The notes: generated by a model not told the origin, from the letters alone. A DNA stretch of 64,000 nt from a bacterium (GCA_009995545.1 JAACPI010000002.1:2965-66964), one strand, 5' to 3'; shown: positions 26,923 through 37,483, numbered from the stretch's first letter. Translations and numbers: made by a program.

Positions 26923-27918
26923 ATGAATAAAAAAGTTAGTATAGTAACAATAGGAGGGGGAACAGGTTCATATGTAGTTCTTAGAGCGTTAAAAAATCTA
27001 GCAAACATTTCAATTACATCTTTGGTCACCACAGTGGATGATGGCGGAATAGCAAGAAAAGAGCGAGATGAGTTTGGTCTGTTACCGCAGAGTGACCTTA
27101 GAAAAGCTATAGTGGCCTTATCCCCCGAGGATGAAGAAAGTACTTTAAGAGAGTTATTTACCTATCGTTTTGACAAAGGCACTGGACTAGAGGGGGTCAC
27201 ACTTGGCAATCTTATAATGGCAGCCTTGTCAGATTTAGAAGGATCCCAACACATTGCTATAAAAAAAATACAAAAACTTCTCAATATTCAAGGTAAAGTA
27301 GTACCAATTACCAAGGATAAAACTAATATACTTATCGAGTTAGAAGACGGAAAACAAATATTTGGGGAAACCAGTTTAGATAACGTTTTTTGGGACGGAA
27401 AAAAACATATTAAGAAATTACAACTAGTCCCTAAGGCAAAAATTTCTAAACAAGCGGCCAAAGCTATTAAAGACGCAGACTTTATTTTTATAACCCCAGG
27501 AGACCTTTATGGAAGTATTATAGTTAATTTTTGTACACAGGGTTTTAAAAGCGCAATAAAAGAGTCTAGAGCTAAGCTAGTTTACACATGCAACCTATTT
27601 ACAAAATATGGACAAACATATGGATATGGAGCCCTTGACCACATAAAAGACTTAGAAAAGTATATGTTGAAAAAAATTGATATAGTAATTTTAAACTCAG
27701 GATCCTACCATTCAGAATCCTTGGTAGCCTACGCAAAAGAAAACGCCCAACCAGTAGTATATAATAAAAACGATCTAGGCGACTATAAGGTTTACTTAGC
27801 GGATCTTTTGATTGGAGACACTTACAGCTCTCAAAAGGGGGATAAAATAGCTAGATCTCTTATAAGGCACGACTCTAAGGCCCTAAAAGAAGTATATAGA
27901 GAAATCCTAAATAACTAG
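26923..27918 (+). CDS. YvcK/UPF0052 (CofD-like) gluconeogenesis factor family protein
   Basis: N-terminal VSIVTIGGGTGSYVVLRALK signature. Confidence 0.7.
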   Translation: MNKKVSIVTIGGGTGSYVVLRALKNLANISITSLVTTVDDGGIARKERDEFGLLPQSDLRKAIVALSPEDEESTLRELFTYRFDKGTGLEGVTLGNLIMAALSDLEGSQHIAIKKIQKLLNIQGKVVPITKDKTNILIELEDGKQIFGETSLDNVFWDGKKHIKKLQLVPKAKISKQAAKAIKDADFIFITPGDLYGSIIVNFCTQGFKSAIKESRAKLVYTCNLFTKYGQTYGYGALDHIKDLEKYMLKKIDIVILNSGSYHSESLVAYAKENAQPVVYNKNDLGDYKVYLADLLIGDTYSSQKGDKIARSLIRHDSKALKEVYREILNN

Positions 27919-27968
27919 GGGTATCCTTTCTTTTTTAATTAGTAGTAATAACCTATAATAATATTGCT

Positions 27969-29141
27969 ATGAAAGCAAAAACCACTAATAATCTAAAATA
28001 TTACCTAGCAACTTTTGGTTGCCAAATGAATCATAAAGATAGCCAACAGATGGCGGGAGTTTTAGAGGCGCTAGGTTTTATTCAAACAGACAAGGTTTTG
28101 GATGCAAAAATTGTAATTATAAATACCTGTTCAGTTAGACAAGCAAGTGAAGATAAGGTTTACGGTTACGGGATAAAATATAAGTCCATAGATAAAGCAG
28201 ATAAACCATTAACCTTTATTACAGGCTGTATGGTAGGAAGTGCAAAGGGAGATCGTTCAAGATATCAGTTGAAAATGCTACAAGAAAAAATGCCTTGGGT
28301 TGACTATTTTTTATCACCGAGTGAAGAAATAGAAATTCCAAAAATACTTTTAAAAGAAAAACTTATAGATGAATGGGGAATTAAAACCCTAGAACAGCAT
28401 AATTTTGAAAATGATGCAAAGCGAGAAAATAGTAAAACAGCACTGATAAATATTAGTTATGGATGCGATAACTTTTGTACTTTTTGTGTAGTCCCCTATG
28501 CAAGAGGAAAAGAAGTTTCACGACCCAAAGAAGAAATAATGCGGGAAATAAACCACGCAGTTTTAAGAGGTTATTCACATGTCCTGCTCCTTGGTCAAAA
28601 CGTTAACAGCTGGAATCTATCACCCACAGAAAAACTTAAAACAAGAAAAAAAATTGGCAAACACCCATTTGCTGCATTACTTAAAGAAGTACACAAAATA
28701 GAAGGAGTAAATAAAATTAGCTTTATCACAAGTAATCCGTGGGATTTTACTACTGACCTGGTAAAAGCACTCAGTCTTCCTAAAATAGAACGTTTTTTGC
28801 ATTTACCTATTCAAAGCGGAAGCAACAAAATACTTAAAGCAATGAATAGAAGACATACAGTAGAAGAGTACACAGAGTTAGTACAAGAAATAAGAGCAGA
28901 GGTCCCCAACATGAGGTTTGGCACGGATATTATTGTAGGATTTCCAGGAGAAACTGAACAAGACTTTGAAAAAACTGTAAGACTATTTAAAGAAATCAAA
29001 TATAAAGTAGCCTATGTTTCTATTTACAGCGCTAGAAAAGGTACACCAGCCGAAAATATGGGGGACACTGTACCTTTAAAAGTTAAGAAAGAAAGACACA
29101 AAATACTTACAGAAGTCTTTAATCAGTTTAAAAATGAATAA
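27969..29141 (+). CDS. miaB: tRNA (i6A37) methylthiotransferase MiaB (radical SAM MTTase)
   Basis: N-terminal MTTase Cys triad (FGCQMN...NTCSV...GCMV), radical SAM CDNFCTFC, C-terminal TRAM; followed by miaA. Confidence 0.85.
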   Translation: MKAKTTNNLKYYLATFGCQMNHKDSQQMAGVLEALGFIQTDKVLDAKIVIINTCSVRQASEDKVYGYGIKYKSIDKADKPLTFITGCMVGSAKGDRSRYQLKMLQEKMPWVDYFLSPSEEIEIPKILLKEKLIDEWGIKTLEQHNFENDAKRENSKTALINISYGCDNFCTFCVVPYARGKEVSRPKEEIMREINHAVLRGYSHVLLLGQNVNSWNLSPTEKLKTRKKIGKHPFAALLKEVHKIEGVNKISFITSNPWDFTTDLVKALSLPKIERFLHLPIQSGSNKILKAMNRRHTVEEYTELVQEIRAEVPNMRFGTDIIVGFPGETEQDFEKTVRLFKEIKYKVAYVSIYSARKGTPAENMGDTVPLKVKKERHKILTEVFNQFKNE

Positions 29142-30048
29142 CAGCAAGGCACTTATAATACTAGGGCCAAGTGCCAGTGGAAAAACAAACCTCGCTCTAA
29201 AATGGGCAAGTAAACTTAATAAAGATGTTTTATCTGCGGACTCAAGACAAATATATAAAAATTTAGACTACTGTACTGGAAAATACCCTAGTTTAAAAAT
29301 AAAGGTTTCTAAACACAAGGAATACTGGGATATCGGGGGGACTAAATATTGGGGATACGATTTAATAAATCCAAATAAAGTTTTTAGTTCTGTAGAATTT
29401 TTAAAATTCACAAATAGAATTCTTAACAACTCCTCAAAAATACCTATTATCTGCGGGGGAACAGGTCTTTATATAAAATCTATAATTGGAAAATTAGAAT
29501 TTAATGAAGGGATAAAAAATGAAAAGTTAAGAAGAGATTTAGAGAAAAAGACTGCCGCAGAAATACTAAAGATACTCACAAAATCTGGATACGAGGTAGA
29601 AAATTTAAATAATTCAGAAAAAAACAACAAACAAAGACTAATCAGAAAAGTAGAACTACTAAGCAACAAAAAAAGTTGTTCATTAAAATCTTTATTTCCA
29701 AAAGAAGAAGATTGTCTAGTAGTAGGATTAAATTTGGAAAAGATAGAGTATGAAAACAAAATTGAGGAATGGTTAAACAGGGACTTTGAAAAAATGAAAG
29801 TAGAGGTAACCTGGTTAAGAGATAAACACCCCACAAGCCCTTTGTTTATGGGATTTATTTTTAAAGAAATTGATAAACATTTAAAAAATGAAATAAACGA
29901 AGAAGCGTCAAAAATCCTGATTAAAACTAACTATATTCAATATATCAAAAGGCAAAACACTTTCTTTAAAAACCAATTTAATAATGTTAACTGGTTTAAT
30001 AATGTTTCTAAGGCTAATAAATTTATTGAAAAAGAATTACAACAGTAG
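29134..30048 (+). CDS. miaA: tRNA dimethylallyltransferase MiaA (divergent)
   Basis: P-loop ILGPSASGKT, LSADSRQIYK, ICGGTGLYIKS; 8-nt overlap with miaB. Confidence 0.65.
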   Translation: MNNSKALIILGPSASGKTNLALKWASKLNKDVLSADSRQIYKNLDYCTGKYPSLKIKVSKHKEYWDIGGTKYWGYDLINPNKVFSSVEFLKFTNRILNNSSKIPIICGGTGLYIKSIIGKLEFNEGIKNEKLRRDLEKKTAAEILKILTKSGYEVENLNNSEKNNKQRLIRKVELLSNKKSCSLKSLFPKEEDCLVVGLNLEKIEYENKIEEWLNRDFEKMKVEVTWLRDKHPTSPLFMGFIFKEIDKHLKNEINEEASKILIKTNYIQYIKRQNTFFKNQFNNVNWFNNVSKANKFIEKELQQ

Positions 30049-30070
30049 TTATCTATAGTAGAATTTAATT

Positions 30071-31066
30071 GTGAAAAAAATAAGTAAATTCATTGTAATA
30101 GATATAAAATCCATATTTTTGATTTTGGGTATTTTAGCTGCATTGTGGGTAGCTTTTTTACTGAAAACAGTATTAATAGCAATATTTATAGCCACAATTA
30201 TAGCCTTAGGGCTAGACCCTGCGGTACAGTTTTTAAAGCGAAAAAAACTTTCTCAAGGTGTTGCTGTTGCAGTAGTTTACTCGGCCTTTGTTATTACCAT
30301 ATTGGGTTCTATCACTTTTGCGGCTACCCCAATTGTTAGCCAAACCCAAGATTTAGGAAAAAACTTTTCAACATATCTAGAAAGTTTATCTAATATTCCA
30401 GAGCTTAAAAATTTTTCTATAGACTTAAATCAAGAAATTACTAAACAGGTTTCAGCCATAAGTGGCCAAGCTGTGCAAAAAACACTAGATGCCTTTGCAG
30501 CGTTGGTTATGGGAATAACCGTACTAGTTTTGACCGCATATTTGTTACTAGACTTTGAGGGAGTAAGAAAAAATATTTTGGCTCTTGTACCTAAACCCCA
30601 TAGGGAACAGACTGCTGAAATAATTGCCTCTATAGAAGAAAAATTGGGTATGTGGCTTAGGGGACAAATTGCCTTAATGCTGGTCATCGGAACTGTAACC
30701 TTTGTAGGACTTACTATTTTAGACGTTAAATTTGCTCTTTCATTGGCTGTTATTGCAGGACTTTTAGAGGTAGTCCCGATGATAGGGCCTACAATATCTG
30801 TAATACCTGCCTTAATAGTAGGCTTTAGTGATTCAAGCTTTAAAGGGCTGGGAGTTTTGGGCCTCTATATAATTATTCAACAACTTGAAAATAACTTTGT
30901 GGTACCCAAGGTAATGCAGAAAGCGGTAGGGTTCAATCCTTTAGTAACTTTAATTGCAATTCTTGTTGGAGGAAATTTAATGGGGGTTCTTGGAGCTATA
31001 TTGGCAATACCAATTGCACTTATTGGCCAAACAATAATAAAATCAGTGTTTAATAATTTGTACTAA
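30071..31066 (+). CDS. AI-2E family transporter (PerM/UPF0118)
   Basis: 8 TM helices with GLLEVVPMIGPTIS signature. Confidence 0.75.
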   Translation: MKKISKFIVIDIKSIFLILGILAALWVAFLLKTVLIAIFIATIIALGLDPAVQFLKRKKLSQGVAVAVVYSAFVITILGSITFAATPIVSQTQDLGKNFSTYLESLSNIPELKNFSIDLNQEITKQVSAISGQAVQKTLDAFAALVMGITVLVLTAYLLLDFEGVRKNILALVPKPHREQTAEIIASIEEKLGMWLRGQIALMLVIGTVTFVGLTILDVKFALSLAVIAGLLEVVPMIGPTISVIPALIVGFSDSSFKGLGVLGLYIIIQQLENNFVVPKVMQKAVGFNPLVTLIAILVGGNLMGVLGAILAIPIALIGQTIIKSVFNNLY

Positions 31067-31284
31067 CCCTTCTCTTTTTTTTCAGTTAATACACATCTTT
31101 GTAGTATTTTTATTTATTTGTGCTATACTTCATCACTGGAGAACAGAAAATAGGTTCAAAAGCTTCATATACGACAGAATACGCGTTACATTAGAGTTTT
31201 TACCCTTAATCATTTCCTTTTATTTAATAAACCCTATTTTAAGGTGATTTGTTAAATAAGAATTTAACAAATTATATTTAAACT

Positions 31285-32484
31285 ATGGGACAATATTATA
31301 ATTCCCAAAAAAGTCGAGGTTTTAGTAGAGGTGGAGGAAGAGGTAGAGGAGGAAGATCAAATTATGGTAGATTCTCAGGAAACACTATACATGAATCCTT
31401 CTTTATAAAAAAAGCTGATGAAATAATAGAAGAAGAGGCATATGTTTCAGAAATGAAATTTGAAACCTTAGATATAAACGCTGTATTAAAGCAGAATATA
31501 TTAAAAAAAGGTTACACGAACCCAACCCCCATACAAGATAAAGCTATAATACCTGCACTACAGGGAAAAGACGTAGTTGGGGTAGCCAAAACTGGAAGCG
31601 GTAAAACAGCTGCTTTTTTAATTCCAATCATCAATAAAATATTAGCAAATCCAAGTGAAAAAGCTTTGATAATAGTACCAACTAGAGAATTAGCTGTACA
31701 AATAAGTGTAGAGTTAAAATCTTTAGCGCAAGGAACAAGTATAAACTCGGTAGTTTGTATTGGCGGTACAGGTTTAGGCCCACAGATTAAAAGTTTAAGA
31801 TACCCACACAACTTTATTATTGCAACTCCCGGTAGAATTAAAGATTTGATCGAAAGAAGAGCTGCAAGTATGCAAAATGTTAAGTATGTTGTTTTAGATG
31901 AGGTAGATAGAATGTTTGATATGGGATTTGGAAAAGATGTTGCCTTTTTAGTAGATAAAGTTCCTACGCCAAGACAAAACTTTTTCTTTTCTGCAACTTT
32001 ATCTAGTAATATTGAACAGTTGTTTGCTAAATATCTAGTAAATCCAATAAAAATTGACATTAAAACTACAGACGGAATAAACACTATTGAACAAGACATA
32101 GTAAGAATTCCTAAAGCTGTAAAAAAGATCGACATACTACATGACTTACTTATAAAAGAAGGGTTTAATAAAGTTTTGGTATTTGGAAGAACTAAACATG
32201 GAGTTAAGGATACCCACCAAGAACTTGTTAACCGAGGATTTAAAGCCGACTCAATCCATGGAAACAAAACCCAAGCTCAGAGACAAAAAAGTTTAAATGC
32301 ATTTAAAGAAAACAAAGTAAATATTTTAGTAGCAACCGACGTTGCTGCAAGAGGTATTGACGTTATGGATATAACGCATGTTATAAACTTTGATATTCCA
32401 GCAACCAAAGAAGACTATACTCACAGAATAGGAAGAACAGGTAGAGCCAATAAAAAAGGCACTGCTTTAACTTTTGTAGAGTAA
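31285..32484 (+). CDS. DEAD-box ATP-dependent RNA helicase with N-terminal RGG-rich tail
   Basis: Q motif, AKTGSGKT, PTRELA, DEVD, SAT, HRIGRTGR; N-terminus SRGFSRGGGRGRGGRS. Confidence 0.9.
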   Translation: MGQYYNSQKSRGFSRGGGRGRGGRSNYGRFSGNTIHESFFIKKADEIIEEEAYVSEMKFETLDINAVLKQNILKKGYTNPTPIQDKAIIPALQGKDVVGVAKTGSGKTAAFLIPIINKILANPSEKALIIVPTRELAVQISVELKSLAQGTSINSVVCIGGTGLGPQIKSLRYPHNFIIATPGRIKDLIERRAASMQNVKYVVLDEVDRMFDMGFGKDVAFLVDKVPTPRQNFFFSATLSSNIEQLFAKYLVNPIKIDIKTTDGINTIEQDIVRIPKAVKKIDILHDLLIKEGFNKVLVFGRTKHGVKDTHQELVNRGFKADSIHGNKTQAQRQKSLNAFKENKVNILVATDVAARGIDVMDITHVINFDIPATKEDYTHRIGRTGRANKKGTALTFVE

Positions 32485-32500
32485 GTAAGAATTATTAAAC

Positions 32501-32527
32501 CCCTTCCAAGGCAACTCCTTGGGAGGG
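32501..32527. terminator. bidirectional hairpin between convergent genes
   Basis: cccttccaagg-caact-ccttgggaggg, 11-bp stem (one G-U), AT-rich flanks. Confidence 0.45.
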
Positions 32528-32532
32528 CTTAA

Positions 32533-33489
32533 TTAATTACTAAAATAATTAAAAACATTCTCAGAAAGTTTAGCGATTGTTTCATTTGCTTCAAGATTAT
32601 TATCTGTTTCAGTTAAAGCCACGAAAATATAGTCGCCGTCGGATGTATACACAATACCCGCATCGTGACTAAAGTTGTATAGCTCCCCTGTTTTATGAGC
32701 AGTAATAACTTCACTGGGTAAGTACTTAGGTAGTTTACTATTTAAGGTTTGCTGCTGTAAAAGATTAAGCATTTTATTGCTGTATCCCTCATTTACTAGT
32801 TCTTTATTATAAATTTTAGTAAAAAATAGAGCCGTATCCTTAGCAGTAGTCATTGGGTCATCTTCACCCTCACCAATAGAAGACTCTGCAAAGCCCTCGT
32901 TTTGTAGAAACTTTGATACACTTGCGAAATCTACTTTTTTTGCTAAAAGCAATGCAGAATAGTTATCCGAGTAAGTTATCGTTTGATATAGGGCATCTTT
33001 AACAGACAAAGTTATAGTACCCCTTGTTTGTTCCTGATACTCTGGAGAAATACCAAAATAGCTATTTAAATTTGCGATGTAATCACTTAAGACATTTTCC
33101 TCACTGTACAAACCACTGTTTATCTGTTGATAAACTGTGGCCATAAGCCAAAGCTTATATAAACTGGCGCTTACAAACTTAGAATCTTCATTTAACTCGA
33201 ATACTTCACCAGTTTTTAAATTTTTAATATAAATACCGTAATTCCCCTGTTTATCTTTTAACGAATTTTCTACGACAGATCTAAGGTCCGTATCTAATAC
33301 ACTCTGGGGTTTAATATAAGAAATATCTAGAGCGTTTTCTGTGTTTATTAACAAGGAGTTTTCTTGTTTCAAAACACTGTTTTTAGGATTACTAGAAATT
33401 GCCGACAGCACTGCTACAAACAAAGTTAACAGTACCAGTGACTTTAACAACAGATTATTATTTTTTGCTTTTTTACGGGTTTTTTTCAT
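32533..33489 (-). CDS. class A beta-lactamase-like / PBP-family serine hydrolase, secreted
   Basis: Signal anchor; SxxK (SASLYK), SDN (YSDN), KTG (HKTG) motifs in correct order. Confidence 0.65.
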   Translation of the reverse strand: MKKTRKKAKNNNLLLKSLVLLTLFVAVLSAISSNPKNSVLKQENSLLINTENALDISYIKPQSVLDTDLRSVVENSLKDKQGNYGIYIKNLKTGEVFELNEDSKFVSASLYKLWLMATVYQQINSGLYSEENVLSDYIANLNSYFGISPEYQEQTRGTITLSVKDALYQTITYSDNYSALLLAKKVDFASVSKFLQNEGFAESSIGEGEDDPMTTAKDTALFFTKIYNKELVNEGYSNKMLNLLQQQTLNSKLPKYLPSEVITAHKTGELYNFSHDAGIVYTSDGDYIFVALTETDNNLEANETIAKLSENVFNYFSN

Positions 33490-33529
33490 TGATACAAAGA
33501 AGACTTATGATAAGAATATCTTTAAGGGT

Positions 33530-33832
33530 TCACTTAGGTTCTTGGGTTTTTGGTAATCCCCAATTCCATTTAGGTTTTTCACCTTTTTTAATTGCTATCA
33601 CAATGAATATAAATGTAAAAAAAATAATTGGTAACCAAAGATAATAAACTGTATCTATAACACTGGATTGAGCATTAATTTTTGAAGATAAAAAAAGAAC
33701 TACCGTAAGATAAACAGCTACTAGTAACCACCCCTGCCAAGTTACAGGAGTCCACCCCCAACCAAATAATTTCCTCTTAAACCATAAATGTTTTGGGTTA
33801 TCCCTTAAATAATTTATATATTCTTTAATCAT
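33530..33832 (-). CDS. small hypothetical membrane protein
   Basis: Two TM helices, Trp-rich; no motif. Confidence 0.4.
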   Translation of the reverse strand: MIKEYINYLRDNPKHLWFKRKLFGWGWTPVTWQGWLLVAVYLTVVLFLSSKINAQSSVIDTVYYLWLPIIFFTFIFIVIAIKKGEKPKWNWGLPKTQEPK

Positions 33833-33899
33833 TATGCTTTAATTGTACCAGAGAAAATTAACTGGAGATTAAAATAATGAGCTCAGGTATAATTTATTT

Positions 33900-34226
33900 A
33901 TGAGAAAAAGGCTAAAATTTGCAGACCCATTAGTACCGTTAGTATTAAATGGGAGTAAGAACACTACTTGGAGAATTAATGACGACAAGGATTTACAACC
34001 GACAGATATACTCTCTTTACAAAAAACTGATCAAACCCAATTTGCCGAGGCAAAAATTTTATGGGTCAAAGAAACTACATTTTCTGAGTTAACTAGCGAA
34101 GATAAAAAAGGACACGAACCTTTTAAAAGTGATGAAGAAATGCTAAAAACTTACTCAAAGTATTACTCAATGGAAGTTAATTTAAGCACTAGATTAAAAG
34201 TTGTTAAGTTTAAGATTCTTAACTAA
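33900..34226 (+). CDS. ASCH domain protein
   Basis: LVLNGSKNTTWRIND matches ASCH GxKTxTxR signature. Confidence 0.5.
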   Translation: MRKRLKFADPLVPLVLNGSKNTTWRINDDKDLQPTDILSLQKTDQTQFAEAKILWVKETTFSELTSEDKKGHEPFKSDEEMLKTYSKYYSMEVNLSTRLKVVKFKILN

Positions 34227-34423
34227 GGATTCCTCCTCATTTTATTCGGGGACCTTGCTTCGTCTCCTTAGCCCAGACAATAAAATATTTAAAATCTCTT
34301 TTTCCCTAAGCAGCTTAGCAAAATAATTTTCCCTCACTTAAAGAATGGTTTTTTTGTATTTCAGATGTCCAGATTTACTATTATGAGTGAAAAGTACCTA
34401 TCTTTAGGTGGTAGAATAACCTG

Positions 34424-36460
34424 ATGAGAGTTGAATACAGGTATGCAAAATTTAATTCTAGTAAACTTTATTACGCGCAGCTTGGAAACGGAAAAAATAC
34501 TACATTTTTTGTACTTGGGTGGTTAAGTAATGTTGATACTTTTCCTATTAAAGAACTCACATCAAAGTATAAAGACAAGTTAAAAGAAAATAAATTAATT
34601 TTTGTACATTTGAGTAATCATTATAAATCTGACTACAGTAACAAAACTTACGATGTTGATCTATATACTGAGGAATTAAAAGATTTTTGCAAAGCTCTTA
34701 AGTTTAAAAAAATAAATCTTGTGGCCCACAGTGCTGGAGGTAGGTACGCAATAAATTTTGCAAGTAAGTATGGGTACTTAGTAAATAAGTTAGTTCTAGT
34801 TTCTCCTGCTGGTCTAAGCAGCAAAAAGGCAAATCTAAATCAGCTAAATAAGGTTCGAGGTTATTTCCATAAATTCAATAACCTTAGTGTTAGGCAAGAA
34901 CAAATACTTAAAGAAACCTTTTTAAACGTTTACGGCATAAATTTAACAAATAAACTTTCAAGCATACAATGCCCAACCCTTGTTATATGGGGAACAAACG
35001 ATAACACTACACCGTTTAAAAGGTCTGCCATATTAACAAAAAGTATTAAGAACTGTCTTTTTTACCCTATTAAAAATAAAGATCATATGGTTATTAGGGA
35101 TAAAACAGCTTTTTCTTATATATTAAATTTTATTGACGAAAGTCCTAGAGTAATTAACAGTTTAGTTAAACTTTCAAAGGAAAAAGAACTTAGTAAAGAG
35201 CTAAAGCGGTACCAATATAATTACTTACGTATAAGCCCAACTTATCAAGCTCGAAAACTCTTTGTCCTTTTTATAAATAAAAACAAACTAAAGCACGTTG
35301 AAGCAGAGTATTTGCAGATAGAAAGTGCTTTAAATAAACTTTGTGGATATATGTTAAAGTCTAATAACCAAGAGTATAAAGACACTCTTAATTTGCAGGG
35401 AATTAACTTTAACAAACTAGATAGCCGTTGTAATTCTCCGCTGTACAACTATTCTAGAGTCGACAGTATTTTTGACGGCTCAACCAGCAAGATTGTTGAA
35501 TTTAATGCAAGAAGACCCCAGATGTTTGAAGATGTAGACTGGTTTAACGAGTACTTTCAATCATTTACTTTTCTTAATAAACCTAAACATAATTTAACAG
35601 ATAAGATAATTGAATCCATTAAAATTCAGTCCAAAGACAAAAATATTTCACCTAAGAATATTATTCTTATTTCAGACTTTGACAAAAAGAGCTCTTTTAG
35701 TTTTTACTCTAGGTTAAAACAAGCTTTTAAAACATCATCGGTACAAAAATTAACTACAAAATCTTCTGCAAAGAAAATTTCTGAAAGCTTGCTAATTAAC
35801 AACAGTCTAGTTATAGACCAAAAAAAGATAGATTTAATTATTGTACAAAGTCTAGGTTTTTTAAAAAACAGCTTTTTTTACAGTAATGGGAAAATTGTAA
35901 ACACCAACGTTAGAAAAGCCTATTACAAAAATAACCTTCAAATAAGCTCGCCCTTGACAAGCAGTGTTTTTGGTAGAAAACAAAGTTTGAAACTGCTAGA
36001 GAATAAAGAAACACAGCAAACATTAAACTTAAATAAAAACGAAATTACGGCTATTAATAGACTTCCAAAAACTAAAGAATTCAAAGATGTAAAAGTATTA
36101 TCTAAAAAATATGTTGTTAAGATACAAGGATTAGGTGGTGGAACGGGTGTCTATTTTTATAAAGACATCGGCGCTAGCGAAAAAAAGCTTTTTATTAGGT
36201 TAGCTAAAAAGAAGAAAAATAACATATTACTTCAAGAAAAAATTGATTTGGTGCCAATAAAAATATACAGTCTAAAAACCCTTAAACCATTTTTTGCAGC
36301 AATATCTTTAGAACCATTTATTGTAAATACAAACGGCAAACCGGAGATCGTTGACTACACTGCTCGAGCAGTTCCCCAGAAATGGATTAAAGATAACACT
36401 AAGTTTAATCCAGTTTTTAACGAACCTAATATATGGTTTGGTGGTGTGATGCAGTACTAA
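34424..36460 (+). CDS. fusion protein: N-terminal alpha/beta hydrolase + C-terminal ATP-grasp-like module
   Basis: VAHSAGG nucleophile elbow in first 240 aa; C-terminal IVEFNARRP (ExN-like) and KYVVKIQGLGGGTGVY (ATP-grasp Gly loop-like). Confidence 0.45.
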   Translation: MRVEYRYAKFNSSKLYYAQLGNGKNTTFFVLGWLSNVDTFPIKELTSKYKDKLKENKLIFVHLSNHYKSDYSNKTYDVDLYTEELKDFCKALKFKKINLVAHSAGGRYAINFASKYGYLVNKLVLVSPAGLSSKKANLNQLNKVRGYFHKFNNLSVRQEQILKETFLNVYGINLTNKLSSIQCPTLVIWGTNDNTTPFKRSAILTKSIKNCLFYPIKNKDHMVIRDKTAFSYILNFIDESPRVINSLVKLSKEKELSKELKRYQYNYLRISPTYQARKLFVLFINKNKLKHVEAEYLQIESALNKLCGYMLKSNNQEYKDTLNLQGINFNKLDSRCNSPLYNYSRVDSIFDGSTSKIVEFNARRPQMFEDVDWFNEYFQSFTFLNKPKHNLTDKIIESIKIQSKDKNISPKNIILISDFDKKSSFSFYSRLKQAFKTSSVQKLTTKSSAKKISESLLINNSLVIDQKKIDLIIVQSLGFLKNSFFYSNGKIVNTNVRKAYYKNNLQISSPLTSSVFGRKQSLKLLENKETQQTLNLNKNEITAINRLPKTKEFKDVKVLSKKYVVKIQGLGGGTGVYFYKDIGASEKKLFIRLAKKKKNNILLQEKIDLVPIKIYSLKTLKPFFAAISLEPFIVNTNGKPEIVDYTARAVPQKWIKDNTKFNPVFNEPNIWFGGVMQY

Positions 36461-36513
36461 GCTAATGTACGTATTGGCCAATCTGCTTAGTGGGTATTCA
36501 GCCATGATTAGTG

Positions 36514-36587
36514 TGGCTGGGGTATAAGGACTCGAACCCTAACTACTGGGACCAGAACCCAGCGTCCTACCATTAGACGATACCCCA
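36514..36587 (-). tRNA. tRNA-Gln (anticodon CUG) with U1-A72 pair, G73, CCA encoded
   Basis: Manual fold: UGGGGUA/UACCCCA acceptor, anticodon stem CUGGG/CCCAG loop UUCUGGU, T-arm AGGGUUCGAGUCCU. Confidence 0.85.
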
Positions 36588-36675
36588 ATGAAGATGTAGG
36601 GATTATACTTTGATTTGGGGATATAAATCAAATCCTTAAGTTCTATTATAGGAATTACTGTCCGAATAAATTGTC

Positions 36676-37302
36676 CTATTTCTTATAAATTAAACCGTGG
36701 GAAGTTTTTTGTTCAAAAAAATTATAACCAAAAACTTCGGGAGTTAGCCTGTGACTATCTGGAACTAAGACACCTCCACTAGCTAGAAAATACCAACCTA
36801 GTGCAAAAAGAGTGTAGTCGTCGTGCATCTCCGACTGTATAGCAGTGACCAAATCGAATTTTCCTCGTAAATCAGCCACTTTTTTTGGAAGAAAACTGTC
36901 CAAAGATTCTAACTGTTTTCTAATACCTGCCGTCCTGATTATGGTGGCTAAATTTACCAAATTAAATGTATGAAAGTTACTTTCAGGCACAGGGGGTATT
37001 TTGGGTAGTGATCTGTCAACGCAATGCATATTACCCGGCTCCCAACCTCTTTTTTGCAACTCAAGGGCCATAGCTCCCTGACCAGCAAATAAATCTAAAA
37101 CATTAGGGTGGGTAGTTGGTTTTATGCGACTCTCAACAAATCTTGCAACAGAAACTGGATATTCCGGCATTTGAAAGGAGAAATAAGAGTAGGGGTCCTC
37201 ATTAATCAACGGTTCGGAAACATCTACAACTAGTGTATAAGGCCACTCATCAAGTTTAGGAATCATGTGAATAAATGATATCACTACACAACTTCCACAC
37301 AA
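36676..37302 (-). CDS. class I SAM-dependent methyltransferase (RsmD-like motif I)
   Basis: VLDLFAGQGAMALELQKRGW motif I; remainder unassigned; start may be internal Met. Confidence 0.45.
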   Translation of the reverse strand: MCGSCVVISFIHMIPKLDEWPYTLVVDVSEPLINEDPYSYFSFQMPEYPVSVARFVESRIKPTTHPNVLDLFAGQGAMALELQKRGWEPGNMHCVDRSLPKIPPVPESNFHTFNLVNLATIIRTAGIRKQLESLDSFLPKKVADLRGKFDLVTAIQSEMHDDYTLFALGWYFLASGGVLVPDSHRLTPEVFGYNFFEQKTSHGLIYKK

Positions 37303-37483
37303 ACCTAATTATTACTGACCCCCACATACTTAAAACCCAATTGAGGGAACATCTCTGGATTTTCCGTTAAATTTTAATCCTGACCAGATCTCTCTCATCA
37401 ACTTATGAAGCAGTGACTTAGAACCCTTATTATAGGATTGTAGGCGATTATACAGCATTTTAAAAAGTAAACTAAGGTTAAGA

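Noticed and set aside
26472-27032. 186-aa ORF on minus strand
   Set aside because: Entirely antisense to the well-supported hup gene, its terminator and the start of the yvcK-like gene. No motifs; typical shadow ORF.
31512-32267. 251-aa minus-strand ORF
   Set aside because: Antisense within the DEAD-box helicase gene; hydrophobic low-complexity translation typical of shadow ORFs in AT-rich DNA.
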